From Bispira polyomma (Eukaryota), in NCBI GenBank assembly GCA_965649765.1, contig OZ287753.1:16926001-16990000 (forward strand): a DNA stretch of 64,000 nucleotides, written 5' to 3'. The notes under the pieces were generated by a model, which searched no databases, was not told the DNA's origin, and was given only the letters and a program-made list of their open reading frames with translations. Below are positions 37,901 to 52,236 of this stretch, one piece after another. Position numbers and translations under genes: made by a program. Every line of letters starts with the position of its first letter. Within the stretch, counting starts at the first letter, position 1.

Positions 37901-39521
37901 TGTAGAAACATTAGCGACACAAATATTTTGATCAACTACCCTGTACTATATTTGTCTCCACTAATAAACTGTCCATCACAAAATAATACACGATTGTTGA
38001 AAGCAATGTTCAACCCAAAAATAAATCCAAATCCACTATCCACCACTATCACCAAATTGTGGTAAAACATATACATAGTTCTCCCTAAAATCTCGAACTA
38101 AATTCATATGGTACAATTAAACCTAATGTAAGTTTGTAGCAAAATTAACCAAAAAAAGCATCTAATTTTCTACAAATAGTTTACATTGATGTAACCAAAA
38201 AACCCATCAATTGCTATATTATATAATAATACAGTTCAACACACGCTCACTAAAATGCTTTATATACATTATGCAAAGAAGAACAAAGTATTATCCATTC
38301 AGTTGTTACAAATAGCCATCCCAAAGACAAATACAGTAAAACCTGCTAAAAAGATCACCTCTATAAAGGGACCACCACAGTTTCATTTTCCAAGACTAAA
38401 TCTTTGATGAAATTCAACCTATACCCAAATACCACTTGTGGAGGGTTCTACATACATGGTGGTCTTTACATACATGTTTCACTGCACATGCTTATAGATT
38501 GCTTAAATTTCAGTTTCATTATCTTCAGAGACACTAATGGTAGAGCCCATATTTGCATACACCAATGGCTTTGCACCTGCCCCTGCTCATTACCCCAACG
38601 ACAATTCTTGGTGGTTTTGTTCTTTACCTTGCCATTCTTAACGATACAGATCATTCCCTTGGGAGTCTGTCCATTTGGCAGTACACCATTGAGGGACGGG
38701 CAACTCCTATGAACATGTAAGTCTACATTACTGTTGGCATCAGGTGGGGCTAGAAGGGCGCCATTTGGAACATTGTTAGCTTCCACTAAAGCCCTTCTGG
38801 ACTGCCGACTGTCTGGGCTATCGGAAGGCGTGTTTACCACGTCACTGCTGTAAAGTGGGTTGAAGGCATGCTTGCTCTTACGTCCAAACTCGTCCCCACT
38901 CCGACGTAATGTGGCATTTCAAATGCTGGGATACCTGTCTCTTGCCAAGATTCTGTGTGGAGACCACGTAATTGGACCTGGATTTAAACAGACGTTCCTC
39001 CTGCTTTGCAGTCAAAATGGTCATTCCTTCCATATTGTCATGCCTTCCTTCATTGTTGACTGGAACAAAAATATACAACACTGCTTGAGACATTTAACAA
39101 ACAGTTATCAATTAAAATTGGGGACAAAAACAGGCTTTAGAGATGCCCCTCTTTCTAGAGCGATGCTGCAGAGGATGTTTTGAGTGGACTTAGGACTTGG
39201 CACTGTACCACCTTAGCTCAGGTATGCTCTCTACTGACTACTCTTATACTGATATTTCTGTTGATAGTGTCCTATTTTGATTGTGGGGATGGTATATTTG
39301 TGTGACTAACATTCGAGTTGGTCTACAAGTTTTTTGGAACATACACTGGATTGCTTAATTGCAAAACTTTGGCAAGTAACATCACCAATGTTAATCAAAT
39401 AGGGTTGGGAAATAAAGTAACATAGACTAAAATTGTCAAAAGCTAAGAAAAAATATATCTTATTATATCACTGGAATATATTTTACAATTTGAAGGTAAA
39501 CATGTTGCAAATTGTAGGCTA

Positions 39522-39609
39522 ACATTGTTCTTAAGCTAAAACATTATATGCTGATTATATATATATATATATATAATCAGCATATAATGTTTTAGCTTAA
39601 GAACAATGT
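39522..39609. repeat. Perfect 88-bp palindrome centred on (AT)n
   Basis: ACATTGTTCTTAAGCTAAAACATTATATGCTGATT-(AT)n-AATCAGCATATAATGTTTTAGCTTAAGAACAATGT. Confidence 0.95.
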
Positions 39610-41744
39610 ATATCTCACAGTTTCTTTGTGCTTCAAAGATGTTGACTCCTTCATCATCACTGGAACTAAATTCCTCATCGCAAATGCTATTCAAATCCAG
39701 GTAATCCTAAAATATTTCACAAACCCATGTAACAAGTACAGACTGCAACGTTGATTAATTGATATAATTTTTCTAAAAGCTGATACAAAAATTAACCATT
39801 TTGTACATTTTATAATTTCTAAGAACAATCCTTATTTGGTGGAAAACTTTGTAAGAAATGTAGTAATTATATGCAAAATTATTATTTAGAGAGGTCTTCT
39901 AAGTAACATGACAATACGTTATTGCTTTTGCAAAACTATACTCCATAGTATAAATACTCCATAGTACAAATCTTTTTCCCCGTGGAATCGTCATCATTGC
40001 TCTATTATACTAGAAGTGGCAGATTTTGTTGAGATAAAAGAAGGTTTATAAAATAGGAAAATAGGAAAAAGGTACATATTAGAGAAGATTAAATATTTGG
40101 ATAGTAGAGGTTTGGGATGTGTAAACGTGATCATACAGGGACTCAGAGGCCATCCACTTGACAGGGACACGCCCTTTGCTCTTTTTCATGTAATGGTCTT
40201 CCACATAAATATCCCTGGACCGACTGAAGTCAGAAATCTTAACAAACTTAGAGGCTCCTACAAGAATATTTCTGGCAGCCAGGTCTCTGTGGACAACCTT
40301 CATCTCATTCAGATACTGCATGCCACAGGCTATCTGCCAGGCAAAGGAGATCAAATCTTTGGCAGTTAAGACCGCTGTCACATCATCCGTCGTGACCCCC
40401 TCCATGGCCTCGTTTATCCCAGTGTATAGTGTCTCGTCAGTGGAGATATTACTGTGTCTGGGGCTCCCGATGGGGGTTTCGGCCTGACAAAAGGTCTCTG
40501 AACTCAGCAATTGTTGCTTGTTCTGGTAAAACAAGATCATATAGTATTTGATAAAGTTGAGACTTTTGTTTCTACATAAAAATGGGATGAAGTACAAAGA
40601 TATTATACACACAATTTATCCTAACTACTTTAGATTTAATGTTAAAATATTCACAAAAAAATATGATATAGTTTAGGAGAAACAAATAGAGGATCAAACA
40701 TGATGATTCTTAGTAAGAATTATAAAACAGTTAAAATCTATTTTTATAGCTAATGAAACTGGCAATCGATCTTTAACTTGTTTTCAGATACAAAAAGCAC
40801 AATACATTTTGGGCAGTACTGAAAATAATGTATTTCATTTTAATTTTCAAATTATCGCACCTTTTAACATCTTTACTGCTGCTGGGGAATAGCCTTTCTT
40901 TCCAGGCAAGTCCAGTATCTGTGCCTTTAGTACTTTTCCAAATTTTCCCTCGCCAAGTACTTCCTCCAGTACCACATTTTGCCTTAATACCTTCCATTTT
41001 GGATGAGACTGTGATCAAAATTGACAAAAATGAATTATTTCATGGTCAACTTGAAATTTACATAAATTACAGTTACATATTAACAGTGGTGTTAAGTTTG
41101 GCAGGGTAATATGACAAAATGGTCAACTTGAATATTTAATAACTTAGAGTTCATATTAACAGTTGTGGTAAATTTGCAGGGTAAAATAATGCCTTGGAAT
41201 ACTTTACGAATATTTAGCACACTTACGGTACAATAATGAATGAGTGTCACAAGGAATTATTCTCCCGGAAGCCAAAATTATATACAACCTCAAGGACTTT
41301 ATTTCTATTTTAAAAACTGTCTGTCATGGTATTTCCATAAAGTACACAGCTTCTCAATTGCCACCATATTGGCATCCATTTTTCTCCCAGGAAGGCTCCC
41401 AGGATGCTCATCTGTGTCACAAAATGTGCCTGAAGTCTTCTGTATGGCTGTGTGGTACAGATATAGATAGTGGTACAGATATAGAAACATATATACATGT
41501 ATATGTATCTAAAGGTTAGTGTATGGCTAAACATACGTAGATACACACCAATTTTAAAGGAGGGCATCCACTGCCAGGATATATTGTTAACATAAATGGT
41601 AAATTTCATTGTTATATATATGTCTTCTGCAGCTTCAAAATTGATTTAAATGGGATACTGCACCACTTGCAAAAAAATAATAGTAAAAACTGCATGGAAT
41701 AATTCTTTAACTGGGATCTAATCTAATTTTTATAGTGCTTATCT

Positions 41745-41952
41745 CTGGGCTAGCAGTTTCTAAGGCGCATGAGACAGAAAATCATTTTTGTGAAAAATGA
41801 ATACGCCGGAGAAAGGTAAGGAGGCTTAGTTGAAAGAGCCTTGCTGAATAGGTATGTTTTGAGCTTTTTATTTCAAATGGCAAGTGAGCAGGCAATGCAA
41901 ATATCATGAGGCACATCATTCCGCATATTAGGAGCATCATATGAGAAACTAT
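41745..41952 (-). mobile_element. L2/CR1 LINE 3' fragment
   Basis: Minus strand SFSYDAPNMRND.P...KLKTYLFSKA. Confidence 0.65.
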
Positions 41953-42654
41953 CATAGATAAATAGGTAGAATATTAACTATGGTACAAATTTTGTCAACG
42001 GACTTACAAGTCATATATTTTGTAGTTTGGTGACTGTTGTTTAAGCAGAGACTTATTGCTGCAATGCAGAACTGAACACTGTTTTCTGTTCAAATATTGA
42101 ACTTACCTGGTGTATTAAACTCTGACGTAGTGACATCATTAGTTTTCCTCTCAACCTCTATGGGATATGCCTCTGTATATGGTGTATACTCAATCAATGG
42201 CTTCATACATGTGCATGTCTGATCTGGATAACACTAACATCGACTCAGCCCCTGGACTAAGCAACGAGATTGATAGTCCTTTTGATTTAGCATGCCACCC
42301 TTGACATCAACTGTAAAACAAACATGGCAAGCATTGTAATTCGCATCAGAAACAAACTTTAACAACTATGTCAATGATGTTTCACTCAAAAGATGCCTGA
42401 CATCAATTAGACACGTTTATCAATATTATCATATCATATTAGTATGGTTGAGCATAGATCATAATAGCACCTATAATGGATGTAACAAGAGCAAAGTTGT
42501 ATTCAGCGCATAGGTGGATCTAGCACATAACTTAAACACTCCTTATTACACCAAATCCACCCCACTTCCATGTATGCTGATAAACAGAGTTGCTCTAAAT
42601 GGTAGATATACCTTCTTGAAATTGAGAACAATTATATTTCCCATGGGTCGTCTC

Positions 42655-43072
42655 ACATGATGCTCTTTCATCAAGAGATATAAAACCTTCAACTATAATT
42701 GAACTAAAACAAGGTTTGCAGCCAGGGTGAAGTGAATTTACCCAAAGAACCTTACAAACCCTTGTTCAGAGCATGAATCCTCTAAAGATGACAATTTTTG
42801 TGCAGGCCAAATGCTTTGATACAAAGTACTGGACAAATTAACTTTTTTAGTAACCCAATTGAACACCTTTGGGTTGCCTCAGATGATGTACTTTCATCCA
42901 GAGATATAAAACCTTCAACTACAATTGAACTAAAACAAGTTTTGCAGCCAGAGTGAAGTAAATTTACCGAAAGAACCTTACAAACTCTTGTTCAGAGCAT
43001 GCATCCTTTGGGGATGGCAATTTTTGTGCAGGCGAAACGCTTTGATATTAAGTATTGGACAAATTAACTTTA
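42655..43072. repeat. ~228-bp tandem duplication (2 copies)
   Basis: CTTTCATC.AGAGATATAAAACCTTCAACTA...GGACAAATTAACTTT at ~42665 and ~42891. Confidence 0.88.
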
Positions 43073-43569
43073 GTCTACCTAAAAAATTAAACTAGAGTTT
43101 TATCAAAATACACTCTTAGTTAACTGTAAACTATTACAATGCAAACATTTTTTTTTTAAAAAAGCTTTGAAACTCTGTAACTGTACTGCAAATACTGATT
43201 GCTAATGATATATATATACATACAAATATATCAAAATATATTCAAATTTTATAAAAACTATTACGGAGGATGTATCTTCCATTTTTTGGCAAACAGACAT
43301 AGGAGTTGAACAAGTAGTTTGTAAATCCAGTTCATACACACCTGTACAATCTTGAGGACAGATAACAGATACCAGCTTCTCTAACTCATCACTCTCCCTA
43401 TCTGGACAGTATCCCAGGTGAAGACTACATGTCTCGTAAGTACTACGCATACCCCCACCCTTGGTGTTGTTACGCCACTCGCAATGATTTGTCCCAGGGG
43501 CAGAGTGCTTAGTGCATTCCGATCTTGTCTTGAGAAAAGAACGGCTTTTTTTTACAGTAGATTAAATTG

Positions 43570-43780
43570 TTCTCATACTTATCGCACATTTAGGAAAAAG
43601 CTCAAAACCTATTTAGCAGGGTTTTTCTACTTTAACCTCCTTAGCTTGTTCTGGTGTGTCTCCATGGTTACGACCCCTGTATGACCAATGGCTATATGAA
43701 ATTGTCAAAACAATTTTCTATCTCATGCGCATCAGAATCTGCTAGCACATAGATAAGTTCTATAAAAGTTAGATTATATT
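43570..43780 (+). mobile_element. L2 LINE 3' tail abutting the RET Cys-rich exon
   Basis: TFRKKLKTYL followed by L2-type 3' UTR. Confidence 0.6.
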
Positions 43781-44189
43781 AGACATTCATGATATATTGG
43801 CATCCAGTGCTTCTATTTGAAAAAGGCAATATTTAACAACATCATAATTCAGTTTCATAAACAATTCAACCCAATTCCTTCAAAATCAAAGATACATTTT
43901 GATGTATAGCATATAGATATGTTCTTACTTCCATTTTTGAAATCATTTTCACACGATTGGTATACCACCAAACAGAAACAAATGAATGACTTTAAAGGTA
44001 CTCAGTAGAGCGCAGGTCAATGCACCAAAAAATCTAGGATCCACCCTTCTACCAGGATTATTACTTGGCCCAAGCCCCACCCCTTCACTAAATCTCATGT
44101 GAATTGCTTTAAGATAGTTTATTGAGTGTAATTTTAGTGATGAACAATCAAACAAATGGACACTGGTTATCAAAAATCATAACATCCTT

Positions 44190-45890
44190 GAAAGATGTTC
44201 TAGCTGGCGAAGGAAGACTGAGTATAAAAGAATGTGAAACAGCCTTAACATCAATGAAAAATAATAAATCTTTGGGATCCGATAGATTGACTGTTGAATT
44301 TTATAAAACATTCTGACCAGATCTATCTGAAACACTAATAGATACTTTTAATGAATCATTTATAAATGGCTCTTTTTCTGAAACGCAAAATATATCTGTA
44401 TTATCCTTAATACAAGGTAAAAGGTGAACTCACAGCTCTAAAAAATTATAGACCCATCAGTTTAACAAATGTCGATTATAGGATACTCACCTTTGCAATG
44501 TCATTATGCCTACAGAAAGTTATTACAAACATTATTTCACCCGAGCAAACTGGTTACATTAAGAGCCAGTGTACTTTTTCTGTTAGACTCTGAAAAAGGC
44601 TTTGACAGTGTGGAATGGCCTATTTTATTTTCCATTCTGAAAAAATTCAACTTTGGTGCACAATTTATCAGATAGATAAAAGTACTATACAAAGAACCAA
44701 AAGCTATTATAAAAAATAATGGCTACCTCTCTGATACAGGTAGTATAATGCGTGGAATAAGACAAGGATGTCCTATCCTTTACTCTTCATTCCTATAGCT
44801 GAAATACTTGCCCATAAGATTAAATATTCTAACTCATTGAAAGGGGTCACTGTAAAAGAAGGGCTAAAGAAATTTGGATTCAAATCATTTTAATATGCTG
44901 ATGATATTAGTTTGTTTCTTCGGAATAATAATGAAATACCTGATGCTTTTGAAATTATATCAAAATTTACTACAGTAGCAGGCCCTAAGCTAAACATGTC
45001 AAAGACTGAAGGTATCTGGCTTGGCATCAATAAACCTACGCAACAAATTGCCATACAGCTGGAATCAACTGCCCCAGTCAAATGTCTAGGAATACATATT
45101 GGTACTGATGAAAATGAATGCATGAAATTAAATTGGAACCACAAATTACAGAAAATTCAATCAGAACTCACATCTTGGAAAAAGGGAAAACTACCTCCCT
45201 TTGGAAAAATCACTGTTATAAAATCCTTGATCAAACCCAACTAAACTTTCCAGCACACTTTTTAAATGTACCATCCTACGTTATTAAAAGTATAAATAAA
45301 ATTTAATATAATTTTAATGGCATAGTCATGACCGATTTAAAAGAAATACTCTTATTGCAGATTACAGTGAAGGTGGACTACTGCATTGCATTTTACCCTG
45401 CCTTGATAACCTAGTAAAATTAAAAATTTTAAATGATATAATACACTTATTATTCTCCTGTGTAAAAGTTAAAACAATATGGCCATACGTTGAAAAAACC
45501 TTCAATACAAAAATAGAATTGTACCAAATTGTTGGTAATACTGGTATTAATGCACATTTTGATTTGTTTGTCTCTTTTCTGGCATTCTGTATATATAAAG
45601 AATGGTTATGTCACTACAATGATCTAAATCAGTGGCGCAATATTAATGTATTAAGATATGTGAAGTGTAATACAGAAAAAATAATAGAAATTTATAAAAT
45701 GTTAGGTAAAACGTATGCTGAAACTGTCAAAAATATGAGAAAGTTTATGATATAATTTATTAAATATATGTATGCTTATTTATATCGCCTCGTATTTATA
45801 TATATACCATGTAATTATATCTTTGACAAGATAATATTATGAACTGTTGGATACGCTAAAAAATTTCTATTTAATAAATATTAATAAAAT
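44190..45890 (+). mobile_element. L1/Tx1-clade LINE, 5'-truncated and decayed
   Basis: MKNNKSLGSDRLTVEFYKTF, NYRPISL, DSEKGFDSVEW, RGIRQGCP, YADDI, KLNMSKT, KCLGI, GKITVIKSL. Confidence 0.88.
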
Positions 45891-47122
45891 TACATTCATA
45901 AGAACCAGATGATGAAACAATGTAGTCCACCAAACATTCAGGTGTCTGTGCCTTCTAAAATCTAGAAGACTGATTAGCATGTTAGTGTTCTTTGAAATTG
46001 TATTTGTAAACTTAGATTGTTACTGGTAATGCATGCTTTATATTGATTGTATATTAGAGTCTGAATCCGGTGACCTTTTTATGTATACGTCAGTTGCTGC
46101 ATATAAGAAGGTACGTGACTACTGGTTTTTCTGATGGGTAAAAAAAATTTTAAAAAAATCTTTGGGTGAAGGTAACAAGCAACTTACTGTAGGCCGGGGT
46201 CTGTTCTTTGGTAGAGAATATTTTAATTTCAACGATTATTGTGACATAGTTGGCTGGTTCCTGCTGCAGTCTTGCCTCCAGTGTGAGGCTTTCAATGGTG
46301 ATGCCAGATGACCTCAAAGCATCTGCATTAAATACATAAACTATACCCTCCTTTGATGTAAAAGTATATTTATGTGTTACGCCCAATCTGTGAAATTGCC
46401 TTATTCGCCAAATGTGCATGTGCAACTGATATGGACAGGGAAATGGGCAAGGAAATTCATAAAAATCAAGTTGGGATATATTACATTTTTTATTTTAATA
46501 ACAAAAATATCTTAAAAATATAAGTTATATATTAAGAAAATATTATTTCAATATTTCAAATCCATTTTAAAATCATGTTCATACACAAATATAATAAATA
46601 TTATATTTCACAATAGTTTTGACAACATTTTTGTTATTGTATACATCATTTAAGATTTCACTTTATAACTGTTTCAATACCATTAGTACAGCATTTGATA
46701 ACTTATTAACTTGTAATAAGTTATTTTATCAGATCGAAAATTTTTATCCGTGTCTGTATGTTATTTTCAAACATCAGAGAAACATATTTAATCTTGTAGT
46801 TTTGCTTCACTTGCACCTTGCTATGGGGGTACCAATACATAGTTGTTTGTATTTGTACAAGATACCCTTGTGTAGACTGTGTCATTGGTATACACTGGTA
46901 TGTCTGCCTACAGATTATTCTTTGCCCTGACAGTTCCGTTGGTTTGGGGAGAAATAATCTTCACTGAGAAGACAGCCTGAGAAGTAAAAGCAAGAATTCA
47001 AACATTTATAACTAATATTTTAGTTCCAAGTATTTAATTTACACCCACTTCATTGAAATATCACTTCTATGTCTAGTTTAGTCACATTCATGGGATACAG
47101 GTCTTACATGGCCAGATGGTTT

Positions 47123-47290
47123 AAATTTGTTTGGGTTTAACGTCGCTTTCAACACATTCTATAGGTTATATCACGATGGGCAGTTTCAGTGCTGGAGGAA
47201 CCTAGTGTATACTAGTTGATCCAGATTGTACAGTGGAAACCAGTGGCCATCGGCAATTTACTGCTAACTTTCTCACTGAAAGTCCCACTG
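47123..47290 (-). mobile_element. SINE 3' half (reverse)
   Basis: Reverse complement resembles the family-1 SINE tail (TTCCTCCAGC...ATATAACCTA...CGTTAAAC). Confidence 0.6.
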
Positions 47291-47354
47291 GTCTTACTTT
47301 TATTGCAAGCACAGTGGCATACATCATCGTCTGCTTAATATATATCACTACAAT

Positions 47355-47577
47355 AGTGGCTTAGTGGTTACAAGAGTCCGCTTATTATATGTCTAGCATC
47401 TTCCATCTGGAGAAAAAGTGTTAAACTCGCACTGATGATTTTAATGTGGTAAAGTTGGCTAGGTACTTACCAGGTTGGTGGTTTCCAGTTCAAATAGTAC
47501 TGGTTTCCTCCCACAAATAAATGTGGCTGTAATAATATGACCAAAATATTGAAATTGATGTAAAAATTAATTAAATA
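47355..47577 (+). mobile_element. Degenerate tRNA-derived SINE
   Basis: GTGGCTTAGTGGTTA head; GTACTGGTTTCCTCC..ATATGACC..AATATTGAAA tail. Confidence 0.55.
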
Positions 47578-50199
47578 GTTTTCCTACAAGCTTGGCATTA
47601 CTTTTTTTTCTGATCCAAGCTTTGTCTTATATTTTATTGGGATTGAAATTGTCAGACTATGTTACTGATTAAAATATGTGTGTGTGTGTATTCTTCCACT
47701 CTATCTTGGCTGGTATTCATACAGATTCTCACTAGTTTTGTGTCAAGATATTTGATTGGTAAGTCAAATGGTCTAAACTAAAATATTGGCTTCAAGGGCA
47801 GGGTTTACATAATAAGAACTCGTAAATTATGTTTGATAATTGAAGCATTGAGATAACCCACTATTTGATATAACAGCCTCTATGGGTCTCGTTTTTTTAA
47901 AAAGGGATAGTCCTACAACATTGGTTAACATTAATAGGCAATTGTGTATTTTCATCCGGCCAAAGCACCAATGGACCTAGCAGCATTAGAAAGAATGGAA
48001 ATGGGGACATTCCAATCACCATTAACCACAAGGCTAAGGGAGAACACAGAACATCTGAATGCAATTTAATATCAAACACATGATTATGTAGGTAAGGTGT
48101 CTTACTATGGATGCTATTATAATTATTATGCCATGTTGTCATTATGGAGCAAGATATGTAACCATCCATACCTTTGATGTTTGTGTCCCAGTATTGATTT
48201 GGCAGAAGGTGTTGTCATTAAATATAACATCAAAGGCATACTGTGGTAGTTCAGGTATCAGAGATGTATTGGTTTGACCGTGTGACATCTGAAAATAAGC
48301 AAGTGCTAAAGGAAATGCTTACACGTTGTTACAATACTGGAATTTCATTTTGCCTCTTCACCCTTCTCAAAATACCCCCACACTCACCCTCTTTAGCTCC
48401 TACACAATATTACTCATCAAAACTATGTTCTCTATTCCCTTTAAACGATTGCAATTTATAAATACATATCAGCTCAGTGATTGATAGGGTTAAATTTCGA
48501 CTAAGAGAGACATATAAGTGTACATTATGAGCTTTCAATTAGAAAACAAAGTAATCAGTAAAACAAAATACAGACTAACAAACATCTCCTCTGTGTATGC
48601 ACCTCCGCACAAGAGGTTATTTTTGTATGTGTCTGTTTGTTTTTCACCAGGATTAAAGCAAAACTACGGAATTGATTCACACAACATGTGTTGGATATAT
48701 GGGCATGAGTATAACAATTTGGAGTGGATCTGTGTCAACAAGTTAATCCATCATTTTTAATGATTCGAATAGCAAAAAAACATACATTACTTGTAACTAC
48801 AAATGTGATTATTGGGAAGACACTCAGATACCTGTCGTACATACATATATTGGTATGACTAAAAACTTGCTTTTTATATTTGACAAATTAATTCCACAAA
48901 AAAACATCAATGAGATAAAATGTTAATCTAGCTCACTGTTCCACTTCTACAGTATTTCATGTGAATGTTTTCTTCACTTACCTATTTGATATTACACTCA
49001 GAAGTTATTGGGAGCTTTACGTATTCCATAAATCTCACTTTTATTCCCGACTTGTCATCGTCCTTTATTATAAATTGCTATATAATGATTATATACACTG
49101 CTGTCTGCATGATACAACACGTTGTGCAGTTGCGTATATTGATTAATTCTTCTGTTGTCTTACACTGACTTCTTTTTTACCTAATGGCTGTGGAGAGTGG
49201 ATATTCTAAATTAATTGTGTTGTGTGGTGTTGTGTTTGGTGTGTATATTGCTGCCGTGCAGTCACATGTTGTCCCCTGTAGTGTAATGTAGTGTCGTGCA
49301 GTGGGAGGTTTGTAAGGCCCTTAAGCCCTAATACTGTTACTGTTAGGTGAGCTATTTTTCAATATGGTGGTGCTTTGTATAGTTTAGCCTACTCTCCCAT
49401 TTTCATGAGTAAAGGCTGATTGTTACGAGTAAAGAGGAGTTATTCAGAGTTCCAATCTTGGTTAACTTTACTTTCTTGACAAGTCGTACATGAGCCCAAC
49501 AGGGTTCAGGACAGCTCTTGGTCAACTCTGTCTATGTCATGTTTAGCCCTAGCAAACTGTAACTAACTAATGTCAACTCTGAACCTTGATTTACTAAAGT
49601 TTAAAAAAAAATTAAAAATTCTAGAATCAATGGGGTTTTAGTCTATCAACTTTACTTTATATGAAAACGCTATCAAGGACCACTTTCACAAAAATTGTTA
49701 GACCATTCAATCTAATTAAAGAGTTGGAATTTTTGAGAATAATAACTCAAATGCAATTTTGATTTTTACAGATAATTCTCGTTTTTTAACATGTATAAGT
49801 TTATTTTGATATGTGTTTGATAGTTTATTCTATTAGCCAGCACTAATTATACCCATTTATTATAATATAACATATGGTGTAAATAAAGCTCACATTACTG
49901 AGTATCAATTCTGTAGTATGAATGTTGATTTTAAGATGCCGTTTTACCACTCTACTATTTTAAATTCTAATGAATACAATCAAAATTGTCCCACCTTTTG
50001 TAGACCGCCAGAAATCTCCTGGTACGGTGTCTTTATCATGGGTCCATTATCATTGACATCCAGTACACATATTGTTACAATGTGGCTGGTGTTTGACCCG
50101 ATATCATCAGCATAAAGGCAGGATCCGCTGGTATCGAAGGTTTTGAATGATACTTGAGGATGTACCTTATGTCACTACTGCTCTCCCTGTCAAAGTGCT

Positions 50200-50442
50200 T
50201 CAGCAGGATAACGTCGCCTGTACTGTCATTCACAAGTTAGTGGTACTCTATTATGTGGTTCTTGTTCAAACCTGTTGTGCTGCCACATACCGCGCACAAT
50301 GACTAACACCCATTAGAGACGGGCAAATTTGTGTCAAGTACCTTGTCCAAGGGTACAATCACCAGGCCAGTAGCGTGGATCGAACTGGGACCCTTAGATC
50401 TTTCAGATCTGAAATCCAACGCTCCAACTGCTAGGCCACAGA
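50200..50442 (-). mobile_element. tRNA-derived SINE (reverse)
   Basis: Minus strand TGTGGCCTAGCAGTTGG...AGTTCGATCC...CCCTTGGACAAGGTACTT. Confidence 0.65.
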
Positions 50443-50534
50443 GTAGAGAAGATACATTAGATGGATATATATATATATACACATAATGTGATGTAATCAA
50501 ATTGAAAAGATCTTGTATGCTAAGTTTAATATAT

Positions 50535-51110
50535 ACCGAGTGGTTTCATTGATCTATAACCAGATACAGGGTGGTTTTGGTGACCTGTAGACATATACAG
50601 AGTGGTTTCGGTGACCTGTAGACAGATACAGAGTGGTTTTGTTGATCTATAACCAGATACAGAGTAGTTTTGGTGACCTATAACCAAATACAGAGTGGTT
50701 TTGGTGACCTATAGACAGATACAGAGTGGTTTTGGTGACCTATAACCAGATACAGAGTGGTTTTGGTATGTACACAGATACAGGGTAGTTTTGGTGACCT
50801 ACAGACAGATACAGAGTGGTTTTGGTGACCTGTAGACAAATACAGAGTTAGTAGTTTTGGTGACCTATAGACATATACATGTTAGTAATATTCAGATACA
50901 GAGTGTTTTGGTGATCTATAACCAGATACAGAGTGGTTTTGGTAACCTATAGACAGATACAGAGTGGTTTTGGTGACCTATAGGCAGATACCGAGTGGTT
51001 TTGGTGATTTATAACCAGATACAGAGTGGTTTCGGTGACCTACAGACAGATACAGAGTGGTTTTGGTGACCTATAGACAGATACAGAGTGGTTTTGGTGA
51101 CCTATAGGCA
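50535..51110. repeat. 31-bp minisatellite, ~18 copies
   Basis: Unit ACAGAGTGGTTTTGGTGACCTATAGACAGAT. Confidence 0.95.
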
Positions 51111-51843
51111 CACCTATAGCTTATCTATTTTCTGTCTATGAAAACCACACCATGGTGGAGTTTTACAGGCAAGAAAAAAATCTGTTTAGAAAGATCATAT
51201 TTCTTCTGAATTTCCTGATGGTAATTACAAAGATTTTCACTCTTGAATATTTGTATCACTCAGTTTTAATGTTGAACAACAATTTTCCAATAAAATTTGT
51301 AATATATGTTTTATTAGGATATTGTGTGATAATTTACTTGCAAAAAAGAAAGTTTTTATTTTTAAACAATTACGTTTCATATCAGCTTTTTTCCTAAAAA
51401 TTGTAGGTCCCATGGAAACTCTTATGTAAATTAAGCCTTTATGATATGGGTTCCCAGGTAATGAAACTTCATTCGTCATTTAATCATCACATATTTTAAC
51501 TTTTGTTTTCTGATGACAATCCGGCAATAACTAGGACAATGGTTAGATGTTTGTGTTTACTTTAGGTGAAGAAAATGTCACTTATTTATAATTTATAACA
51601 AGATGACAATGGAATGTGCCAAGGGCCCCCAAATAGAACAACACCAAATTGTAACCTACGACAGATTTGTTTTTGGGGGGTGAGCTTTGCTAAGGGCTGC
51701 CCTTTGTGATGTAGATAAACAAGTGAAGAATATGATGATTATACCTATAGCTAAGGTAGAGCTATAAGTGGCAACTGCAATACAAAACCACTCAGGGTAT
51801 GCTAATTATAGTAACCACACTATCATTTATAAACTAACCTTTG

Positions 51844-52236
51844 TGTTAATGTTTGAGCCCAACTTCTGTTTAGGCCAATATTAAAAAGGCAATAGCCCAA
51901 CTTAGGATTCTAATTTTGCCAGCCTATCTTAAGATTGGCCCAGAAAGCTAGCTAAAAAGGGGATTGGATTCAAAAAGGAACTAGCCCAACTTTAGATTTT
52001 ATATACAGGGACATGAACAAAAAACAATTAAGATTACATTTTATTAATAGCATTCAGTGACCTTGCTCTTGTCTTGTCAACATGTATACGTGTAATTTAC
52101 ATAGCCATATAGCACAGAAACTATATATATATATGTTTACCCATTTTAAGATAGGTTGTCAAACTTAGGATCCTAAGTTGAGCTATAGCCGATCTTAAGA
52201 TTGGCCATATCGGAAGTTGGGCTCCAACATCAACAT
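51844..52236. mobile_element. MITE / foldback element
   Basis: TIR ATGTTTGAGCCCAACTTC / GAAGTTGGGCTCCAACAT; internal TAGCCCAACTTAGGAT and ATCTTAAGATTGGCC subrepeats. Confidence 0.7.

Larger units (their letters stand above)
38466..50186 (-). pseudogene. Ret: RET-like receptor tyrosine kinase, multi-exon, disrupted (exons ~50186-49995, 48288-48172, 46977-46817, 46388-46188, 43530-43342, 42311-42107, 41008-40861, 40522-40110, 39706-39620, 39060-38466)
   Basis: Cadherin VLDVNDNGP; Cys-rich CEWR...CPD..DELE..ICPQDCT; LGEGKFGKVLKA..AVKMLK; [26 protein letters not shown]; DYLDL; NPLY. Lesions: DFG->DFS, deletions, in-frame TAG. Confidence 0.85.

Noticed and set aside
40079-40612. Stand-alone functional kinase ORF (177 aa)
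   Set aside because: Both ends run into intron sequence; lacks N-lobe and C-terminal subdomains; DFG mutated
40773-41027. 84-aa minus-strand ORF in the ORF track
   Set aside because: Wrong frame; the real exon (LGEGKFGKV) is in another frame
50535-51110. CRISPR-like 31-bp repeats
   Set aside because: Units are head-to-tail with no unique spacers, no cas genes, eukaryotic context; ordinary minisatellite
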